From: Clostridia bacterium
GTDB lineage: Bacteria > Bacillota > Clostridia > Christensenellales > UBA1242
DNA: 64,000 nt
Direction: 5' to 3'
Assembly (NCBI GenBank): GCA_045597505.1
Contig: JAZLKE010000034.1
Coordinates: 11,288-75,287, forward strand
Numbering within the stretch: position 1 is the stretch's first letter; the number at the start of each line of letters is the position of its first letter. The notes beneath the pieces were generated by a model. The model did not search any database, was not told the origin of the DNA, and worked only from the letters and a program-made list of their open reading frames with translations. Made by a program: the position numbers and the translations under genes. Positions 49,289 to 55,614 of the stretch are shown here, piece by piece.

Positions 49289-50434
49289 ATGAGTTACGAA
49301 TTAGAAACTGCTGTTGAATTAAAGACAACTAAACAAGTGGAAGATGTCTTCGGTGACCCGCCGGTAGTAAACATTAAGGTCGTCGGTGTCGGTGGGGGCG
49401 GATGTAACAGCGTTAACCGTATGTTGGAAGCTGGTGTTAATTTGCCAGGTGTAGAATTTATTGCGATTAATACCGATAAGAACGCTTTGTCGGTCAACTT
49501 GGCTCCGCAAAAGTTGTGCATTGGTCAAAAGACTACTCATGGTTTTGGCGCGGGTACCCGTCCTGAGGTTGGTCAAAAAGCCGCCGAAGAAAGTGCGGAC
49601 GAAATTCGTGCAGCTATTGAAGGTGCTGATTTATTATTTATTACCGCAGGTATGGGCGGTGGAACTGGTACTGGTGCAGCTCCAGTTGTTGCAATGTTGG
49701 CTAAGGAAATGGGTATTTTGACCGTAGCCGTTGTAACTAAACCGTTTAATTTTGAAGGTAACCACCGTATGTTGAACGCGGAAATTGGTATTGAAAACTT
49801 GTCCAAATTCGTTGATGCGTATGTTGTCGTTCCAAACCAAAAATTGATTGAACATTCTTCAATTAAAACCACATTTTTAGATGCCTTCAAAATGGCTGAT
49901 GAAGCTTTGCGCCAAGCGGTTATTGGCTTGTCCGAAGGTATCGTTAATCCAATTTTGGTCAATGTCGACTTTGCCGATGTTAAAGTTGTTTTGGGTGATG
50001 CTGGTATGGCTCATATGGGTGTTGGTCGCGCACAAGGTCAAAATCGCGTTTTGGAAGCAATTAAACAAGCAGTTGCCAGTCCATTAATCGAAACCAGTAT
50101 CAGTGGTGCAACTCGTTTGATTATGTGTATTAAGGGCGATAAATCTTTACCGCTGTCCGAAGTTTCCAGTTATGTTACCATGGTCCACAACTTGGTTCAT
50201 GAAAATTGCAACATTAAATGGAGTGTGGATTTGAACGACAAATATGGTGACATGGTTGAAGTCTTAATCATCGCTTCTGGTTTCTCACCGAATCAAAACA
50301 CTAACCATAAAGGTGTTGACGATTTGGAAAAACCACAAATGCCAACCGAACAACCAGTAGCCGAAACTCCATCATCTGAAAAAACTAAGGGCAAACCGCC
50401 GTTTTTGGGCTTTTTCAAAAACTTTAAAAAGTAA
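49289..50434 (+). CDS. ftsZ: Cell division protein FtsZ
   Basis: VVGVGGGGCNSVNRM and the tubulin signature GMGGGTGTGAAPV. Confidence 0.95.
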   Translation: MSYELETAVELKTTKQVEDVFGDPPVVNIKVVGVGGGGCNSVNRMLEAGVNLPGVEFIAINTDKNALSVNLAPQKLCIGQKTTHGFGAGTRPEVGQKAAEESADEIRAAIEGADLLFITAGMGGGTGTGAAPVVAMLAKEMGILTVAVVTKPFNFEGNHRMLNAEIGIENLSKFVDAYVVVPNQKLIEHSSIKTTFLDAFKMADEALRQAVIGLSEGIVNPILVNVDFADVKVVLGDAGMAHMGVGRAQGQNRVLEAIKQAVASPLIETSISGATRLIMCIKGDKSLPLSEVSSYVTMVHNLVHENCNIKWSVDLNDKYGDMVEVLIIASGFSPNQNTNHKGVDDLEKPQMPTEQPVAETPSSEKTKGKPPFLGFFKNFKK

Positions 50435-50437
50435 TTG

Positions 50438-50467
50438 TTGACTTGTATTGTCCAGTTTTGTTATAAT
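50438..50467 (+). promoter_or_regulatory. Putative rpsO promoter
   Basis: TTGACT 50438-50443, 17-18 nt spacer, TATAAT 50462-50467. Confidence 0.55.
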
Positions 50468-50529
50468 AAGCGCATTATTGCTGTGTTTGGATTGAAATAT
50501 TCTTACTCGGCTTTAATCATAAAAGGAGG

Positions 50530-50802
50530 ATGTCACAGAAAATGACACAAAACGAAATCGCAGAAATCGTTAAAAAATTTGGTAAAAAGGAAGGGGATAC
50601 TGGCAGTCCAGCGGTTCAAATCGCTTTGTTAAGCAAGCGTATTGAAGAATTGACCGAACATTTGAAGGTTCACAAACAAGATAAACACAGTCGTCGTGGT
50701 TTGACCTTAATGTTGGGTAAACGTAAACGCTTGTTGGACTACGTTGAAAAAACTGACCTTAACGCTTATCGCGAATTAAAGAAACAATTAGGTTTGCGTT
50801 AA
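50530..50802 (+). CDS. rpsO: 30S ribosomal protein S15
   Basis: [37 protein letters not shown] signature. The start may instead be the in-frame ATG at 50542 (MTQNEI...). Confidence 0.95.
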   Translation: MSQKMTQNEIAEIVKKFGKKEGDTGSPAVQIALLSKRIEELTEHLKVHKQDKHSRRGLTLMLGKRKRLLDYVEKTDLNAYRELKKQLGLR

Positions 50803-50804
50803 TT

Positions 50805-50836
50805 AAAAATGCCCCGTTGTTGCGGGGCTTTTTTAT
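50805..50836 (+). terminator. rpsO rho-independent terminator
   Basis: GCCCCG ttgttg CGGGGC followed by a T-run. Confidence 0.85.
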
Positions 50837-50841
50837 TGCAA

Positions 50842-50916
50842 TTTTACTGACAAAGGAATGGCAAATCTACAATAAAATTTCATTTGTGTTAGTTTGCAAT
50901 AGGTTTGTCAGTAAAA
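50842..50916. repeat. 13-bp inverted repeat TTTTACTGACAAA / TTTGTCAGTAAAA with a 49-nt spacer at the core/accessory junction
   Basis: Arms at 50842-50854 and 50904-50916, verified base by base. ATTGCAA (50835-50841) and TTGCAAT (50894-50900) lie next to them. Confidence 0.8.
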
Positions 50917-50944
50917 ATCCGATAAAAAATATGGTCCGTTAGTA

Positions 50945-50958
50945 AATCAAATTTGATT
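50945..50958. repeat. 14-bp perfect palindrome AATCAAATTTGATT upstream of the first element gene (operator-like)
   Basis: Verified base by base; about 50 nt upstream of ATG 51009. Confidence 0.8.
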
Positions 50959-51008
50959 GAAAGCGGACTTTTTTATGTGCCAATTTCAATCTTGAAAGGG
51001 GCAGCAGA

Positions 51009-51299
51009 ATGGCAAAAGGAAAAATATTGGGCGTATTTGACAAACCCAAGTTTGCAAATAAGGATAAGGTTTCCATACTAAGGAAACAAATATCCGATAA
51101 ACAAATTTTCATTGATGATTTACCCAAAGATGTATTGGAGAACCTGTTGCAATGCGCAATCGCAAGAATTGACCGAAATGAAAATGGTGGCGAAGGCGAT
51201 GAGCGCGATTTCAAAGATTTATGGTGCGACCAAGAATTCATTGTCGATGAATTATTTGAAGAACTTGAAAAAGAAGTAAAGGCAGGCTGTTATGAATAA
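51009..51299 (+). CDS. Hypothetical protein (96 aa) with an acidic C-terminus
   Basis: AAAGGGG SD and an ATGAATAA overlap with the next ORF; no family recognised. Confidence 0.55.
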   Translation: MAKGKILGVFDKPKFANKDKVSILRKQISDKQIFIDDLPKDVLENLLQCAIARIDRNENGGEGDERDFKDLWCDQEFIVDELFEELEKEVKAGCYE

Positions 51300-51471
51300 C
51301 AAAAAGGAATTGACTAAGCCAATAACATTTAGGCTTACGGAAACGATGTACGGAAATATTATTGCAGAAGTTGACCGATTAAACCTTCGCAAAATGAGTG
51401 ATGTGGTTCGTAAAGCGGTTGCCGAATATTTTGACAATCACAAAAAAGAAATCGAAGGAGACAAGAAATGA
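51292..51471 (+). CDS. Ribbon-helix-helix (CopG/MobC-like) protein, 59 aa, absent from the ORF track
   Basis: MNNKKELTKPITFRLTETMYGNIIAEVDRLNLRKMSDVVRKAVAEYF fits a beta-strand/helix/helix pattern. Both ends are translationally coupled to neighbours (ATGA overlaps). Confidence 0.6.
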   Translation: MNNKKELTKPITFRLTETMYGNIIAEVDRLNLRKMSDVVRKAVAEYFDNHKKEIEGDKK

Positions 51472-51665
51472 ATAAAGTCGAACACAAGGTCGAGTGCTGT
51501 GTAATTCCCAGTTACATCTTGCTGGATACTGAATTAACTTCCGGAGAAAAAGAGCAGTTGATACAAGCCGCTCTTGAAAATGGAACTGGAATGGTACACG
51601 AAAGTGATGTGTTAGCTATGAAGGCAGCAAAAAAAACAAAAGGGGTTAAATCATGGAAGAATTAA
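51468..51665 (+). CDS. Hypothetical 65-aa protein, a truncated paralog of the N-terminus of the next gene
   Basis: It shares the motif CVIPxxIxxDxxL(T/S)SxEK with the 117-aa protein downstream. Confidence 0.5.
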   Translation: MNKVEHKVECCVIPSYILLDTELTSGEKEQLIQAALENGTGMVHESDVLAMKAAKKTKGVKSWKN

Positions 51666-52006
51666 CTAACCAACTTGGCTATTACTGTGTAATCCCAGCG
51701 CCCATTATGAGAGACGGTGGTTTGTCGTCTGATGAAAAAATTCTTTATGGCACAGTTTCTGGTATGGCGCGCGAAAAAGGGTATTGTTGGGCAGGCAATG
51801 ATACTTTGGCCAAAATTTTTCCAGACAAGGAAGGTAAACCAAAAGATGAAAGGACGATTCGCCGTTGGTTAAACCATTTGGAAGAAGTTGGTTATATAAA
51901 ACGCACACTTATTTATTTTGAAAATACTAACCAAATCAAAGAACGCCGTATTTATTTAACCGGGAAATGTACACCAGTTCCCGAAGGAGATTTATACAAT
52001 GAGTAA
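51653..52006 (+). CDS. Winged-helix DNA-binding protein of the plasmid/phage replication-organiser type
   Basis: YYCVIPAPIMRDGGLSSDEKILYG...GYCWAGNDTLAKIF...ERTIRRWLNHLEEVGYIKR matches the common HTH_36/Rep-like pattern in Firmicutes mobile elements. Confidence 0.6.
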   Translation: MEELTNQLGYYCVIPAPIMRDGGLSSDEKILYGTVSGMAREKGYCWAGNDTLAKIFPDKEGKPKDERTIRRWLNHLEEVGYIKRTLIYFENTNQIKERRIYLTGKCTPVPEGDLYNE

Positions 52007-52022
52007 TTATTGTTTTAATTTT

Positions 52023-52098
52023 GTCCGTACCCCTGGGGGCACCAGTGTCCCCACCCCTACGGACATTTCCGCCCGTACCCCTGGGGGCATGAATGTCC
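52023..52098 (+). repeat. Two 28-nt GC-rich direct repeats (24/28 identical) 48 nt apart, with embedded inverted repeats
   Basis: GTCCGTACCCCTGGGGGCACCAGTGTCC at 52023-52050 and GCCCGTACCCCTGGGGGCATGAATGTCC at 52071-52098. GTCCGTA (52023-29) pairs with TACGGAC (52058-64). A degenerate third copy GTCCGTCCAGGGCA lies at 52293-52306. Confidence 0.85.
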
Positions 52099-52109
52099 TA
52101 GATATAATA

Positions 52110-52125
52110 ATAACGCGTGCGTTAT
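52110..52125. repeat. Palindrome ATAACGC-GT-GCGTTAT followed by a very AT-rich stretch
   Basis: The 7-bp arms were verified. The AT-rich run spans 52124-52155. Confidence 0.75.
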
Positions 52126-52330
52126 ATGTATTGAATTTATATTTATTATTACACAAGAGAAACAATAGGGGAGTTTTTGAAGAACTAGCCATAGCCAGAA
52201 AATTCCGACACGGCGAATTTGAGAAAAAGGCGGTGGCCGCCATGTAAAATTTTTTTTCTTGTGTTCTCTAAAAGCAGCCCGAAGAAAACGAAGTCCGTCC
52301 AGGGCAGACGGCAAAAAGGAAACAAAAACA

Positions 52331-52663
52331 ATGAACAGATTTGATTTTATTGGAAATTTGACAAAAGACGTTGAGCTGGGTAAGGCCGGTGAAGTGTCGT
52401 TGGCGCGCTTTATGCTGGCGGTAAACCGACCATACAAAAACAAAGAAGGCAAGTACGATGCCGACTTTATCCAACTGAAAGCCTGGCGTGAAGCTGGCGA
52501 AACTATTGCGAAGCACGTAAAGAAAGGCGACAAGCTACGCGTTGAAGGTCGTGTTGAAACTTCGACCTATGAAAAAGACGGTGAAAAACAATACAGCACA
52601 GAATTTATTGTTACCGGCTTTGAATTTTTGAGCAGCAAAAAAGCTGAACCGGAGTCGAAATGA
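52331..52663 (+). CDS. ssb: Element-encoded single-stranded DNA-binding protein lacking the acidic C-terminal tip
   Basis: MNRFDFIGNLTKDVEL OB-fold start. It ends ...SSKKAEPESK rather than D-D-x-P-F. The ATG at 52331 follows AAAGGAAAC; the track start at 52259 is an upstream extension. Confidence 0.85.
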   Translation: MNRFDFIGNLTKDVELGKAGEVSLARFMLAVNRPYKNKEGKYDADFIQLKAWREAGETIAKHVKKGDKLRVEGRVETSTYEKDGEKQYSTEFIVTGFEFLSSKKAEPESK

Positions 52664-52833
52664 TTTCAAACATGGCGCCTATCGTCTTCCCCGACGAAAT
52701 CGAAGTAGCTGAAAGAATGGCAAAGAGAAAAGCACAAGAAGAAAAAATGGCCAATTATTTCGGCCAACCAAAAACTGAAACCGAAGATGATGCCGATGAA
52801 GTCATTGTAGTGGAGAATCCAGATGAACTATAA
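52660..52833 (+). CDS. 57-aa strongly acidic small protein, absent from the ORF track
   Basis: MISNMAPIVFPDEIEVAERMAKRKAQEEKMANYFGQPKTETEDDADEVIVVENPDEL. ATGA overlap with ssb and an 11-nt overlap with the ArdC-like gene. Confidence 0.5.
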   Translation: MISNMAPIVFPDEIEVAERMAKRKAQEEKMANYFGQPKTETEDDADEVIVVENPDEL

Positions 52834-55393
52834 AGAGAAAATCGAATTTGAACGCCAACAAATAGCCGACCGTATTTTGGAAGAAATCCAAAACAACACT
52901 TTGGAATGGAGTCGTGGTTGGCACGGATTGGATAACGGCGCAGCAGTTAATGCTAAAACCGGCAAAAGGTACAATGGCACCAACTTAATTGCTTTGTATA
53001 TCCAAGCCAAAAAACAAGGTTACAAAGACCGACGTTGGCTAACTTTTAACCAAGCAAAAGAACTTGGCGCACAAGTTAAAGCTGGTGAAAAATCCACAAG
53101 AATTTTTCATTGGAATGAATACGATGTAAAAACTAAATCTGAACCGAATTGGAAAGAAATCAATAAATTATCCAAAGATGACAAAGAACAGTATATTCTC
53201 GACAATATTCGATACAGCATTAGTTTACACAGTGTTTTCAATGCGGAACAGTGCAGTGGCTTGAAAGAATATGTGGCGCCAAAATTAAGCGCCAAAGAAA
53301 TGGCCGAGCAAAACGAAAAGATTGAACGTGTGATTGCCAACAGTGCAGCACCGGTACTGTATGACAGTGAGAACCGGGCGTATTATTCCACCAAGGAAGA
53401 CAAGATTCACCTACCGGCGATTGAAATTTTCAAAACCAAAGACGATTACTACGCAACAGCTTTGCACGAAATTGCACATTCGACCGGCCACGCAAGCCGA
53501 TTAAACCGTGATATGTCCGGTGAATTTGGCAGCGAAAAGTACGCCAAAGAAGAATTGCGCGCGGAGTTTGCGTCATTGTTTATACAAAACGAGTTGGATC
53601 TAAACATTGACGGCAAGCACTTTGAGAACCATTCGGCTTATATCCAAAATTGGACCGAAGCAATTCAAGAAGACAAAAATGTCCTTTTTAACGCAATTAA
53701 AGACGCCGGTGATATTGCGACGTATGTTCGCGAACATTACGCTGAGCAAGAAAACACAAAGAAAAATGAAGGAGAAGTTATGGCAGAAGAACAAACAAAA
53801 ACCGATGAAGAACGATTAGAGAAAATTCTAAAAGAACGAAACCTAAATGAAGATAAAAGTTTTGCAAAAGATACTGATTATTTTGGTTTTGGAAGTTTAG
53901 ATGCGCTTGAAAAAGAACATAAATCTGGCTACATTACTAATGTAATAAAAAGCTACAGTGATTGGGCCGATGAAAGTGGCCGCCGTGCTGCTAGTGATTT
54001 GAGCGATGAAGAATTTGAATTTGTCCAGAAACATTACCAATTTGGTGATATGCCAGATGATGTCATTAACAAAATCGTTAATGAAGACAATAACTACTTC
54101 AAAAACAAAAACATTGAAGCTTACAAGTTTACGGCATACCAAACTGTCCTTGCTAACTTAAAAGAAAAACAAGCGATGCCGGAACAAGCAGTGGTGGAAG
54201 AAAAGAAAACACAAGAAAAAAATAAAATTGAACCGCTGGAAATTCACCACGCAACTGAAAAAGCAGTCTTGGTTAAATTAGCGATTGCTGGTGAAGAAAA
54301 GCTAAAAGACACTTGGTGGCCAAAATCACGAGTTGATTTAGACAAAGACGAAAAGAACGTTGTGGCGATTGATAACTACTTGCAAAAGCAATATGGCAAT
54401 GTTTTATCCAAACAAGCCGAAATTACAGCAGCCGCAGTGGGGAAGAGTGTTGCCACTGAACAACCGAAGTTGTCCCCAATGGAATATGCGCAAAAGATGA
54501 ACAATATGCGCTTGGATAACTTGGCCAAAAATGTGCCGGCTGAAATGAAGGCATTGCCAAACTGGTGTGTTTTGAAAATTTACAAAGACAAAGCAACTGG
54601 TACTACCAAAAAATTCATTGTTAATGCAAACAATCCACAAGGTGGCTGGGCTAAACACAATGACCCAAGTAACTGGACAACTTTTGACAAAGCAATGGAA
54701 TATGCAAGAAAGAATAACGGTGCCGGACTTTCTTTTGCGATTAAAGGCAGTGGCTTTAACGCTTTCGATTTGGACCATTGCTATGACAAAGAAACAAAAA
54801 CCTACAATGAAACCGCTAAAAAGTTTTTGGCCGATTTGCCAAATTCCTATGCCGAACGGTCCGTATCTGGAACCGGCTTGCATATTTTCACCAAGGGTTC
54901 CGTTTGTGAAAATGGTAAATACAACGAAGCGCGCGGTGGAGCAGCAGTGGAAGTGTTCGAAACCTGGGGCTTCGTTTCGATGACGGGAAATGTTGTTGAT
55001 GAACAACACAAGAACCTGGTTGATTTACCTGACGAAGTCAAAAAATCAATCCAAACTGAAATTGGCGAAAAGAAAGTTTACCAAGCGCCAGCGCAAAATC
55101 GAAACCAATTCCACAACTATGCGCGAAGCGATAGCGAAGTGATTGATGTAATCCGCAAAAGCAAGAGATCGAACGAGTTCGAGTCATTGATGAACGGTGC
55201 GGATTTATGTGGCGACCACAGTCGCAGCGATTTACGCTTAATGGGCATCTTGGCATACTTCACAAATTCTAATACCAACCAAATGGAAACTATCTTCAAA
55301 CAGAGCAAGCTTTATCGTCCCGATAAAGGTGATTCTTATGTCGAAAGAACGGCCAAATTTGCAGCCAACAATGCAAGCCAACAGGCACGATAA
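52823..55393 (+). CDS. Fusion protein: ArdC-like ssDNA-binding N-domain plus HExxH metallopeptidase, a long linker, then a C-terminal AEP primase-polymerase-like domain with a PriCT-like tail
   Basis: YNGTNLIALY...RWLTFNQAKELGAQVKAGEKS (ArdC_N pattern). ALHEIAHSTGHASRLNR (HExxH). C-terminal FDLDHC...SVSGTGLHIF (D.D plus SxSGxGxH) and SRSDLRLMGILAYF. Confidence 0.7.
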   Translation: MNYKEKIEFERQQIADRILEEIQNNTLEWSRGWHGLDNGAAVNAKTGKRYNGTNLIALYIQAKKQGYKDRRWLTFNQAKELGAQVKAGEKSTRIFHWNEYDVKTKSEPNWKEINKLSKDDKEQYILDNIRYSISLHSVFNAEQCSGLKEYVAPKLSAKEMAEQNEKIERVIANSAAPVLYDSENRAYYSTKEDKIHLPAIEIFKTKDDYYATALHEIAHSTGHASRLNRDMSGEFGSEKYAKEELRAEFASLFIQNELDLNIDGKHFENHSAYIQNWTEAIQEDKNVLFNAIKDAGDIATYVREHYAEQENTKKNEGEVMAEEQTKTDEERLEKILKERNLNEDKSFAKDTDYFGFGSLDALEKEHKSGYITNVIKSYSDWADESGRRAASDLSDEEFEFVQKHYQFGDMPDDVINKIVNEDNNYFKNKNIEAYKFTAYQTVLANLKEKQAMPEQAVVEEKKTQEKNKIEPLEIHHATEKAVLVKLAIAGEEKLKDTWWPKSRVDLDKDEKNVVAIDNYLQKQYGNVLSKQAEITAAAVGKSVATEQPKLSPMEYAQKMNNMRLDNLAKNVPAEMKALPNWCVLKIYKDKATGTTKKFIVNANNPQGGWAKHNDPSNWTTFDKAMEYARKNNGAGLSFAIKGSGFNAFDLDHCYDKETKTYNETAKKFLADLPNSYAERSVSGTGLHIFTKGSVCENGKYNEARGGAAVEVFETWGFVSMTGNVVDEQHKNLVDLPDEVKKSIQTEIGEKKVYQAPAQNRNQFHNYARSDSEVIDVIRKSKRSNEFESLMNGADLCGDHSRSDLRLMGILAYFTNSNTNQMETIFKQSKLYRPDKGDSYVERTAKFAANNASQQAR

Positions 55394-55614
55394 AAAGGGG
55401 GCTTGATGATGACGAAATTTGGCCTAAAAAACACGAAAAATAAAGGAAGCGGGATAAGCGGTGACGCACTTTGCCACTTTTTGGCAACTCACCCCGTAGG
55501 GGTGGGGAGTGACGCACTTTGACAAGTCTATGCGTCACATTTGCGTCACCTTGTGATGCGACAATTTGGAAACCAAATTTCGTTGAGAAAAATTGAGAAA
55601 AAAGGGAGTTAAAA
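55394..55614. promoter_or_regulatory. Candidate origin of transfer (oriT): a dense array of direct and inverted repeats upstream of the relaxase operon
   Basis: GTGACGCACTTTG at 55461-73 and 55509-21. Inverted TGCGTCAC at 55531-38 and 55542-49. Hairpin CACCCC-GTA-GGGGTG at 55490-55504. Outer IR CGAAATTTGG 55413-22 / CCAAATTTCG 55573-82. Hairpin AATTTGG-AAA-CCAAATT at 55563-79. Confidence 0.6.

Noticed and set aside
52023-52098. Possible CRISPR array, given direct repeats with a spacer
   Set aside because: There are only two full copies and they are imperfect (24/28). There are no further repeat units, no regular array and no cas genes in the window.
51999-52533. Track ORFs 51999-52247 (+), 52007-52243 (-) and 52057-52533 (-) across the GC-rich repeat region and ssb
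   Set aside because: The open frames are created by the GC-rich repeats (RTPGG twice) or run antisense to ssb. They have no SD and no plausible fold. The region is better explained as non-coding repeats.
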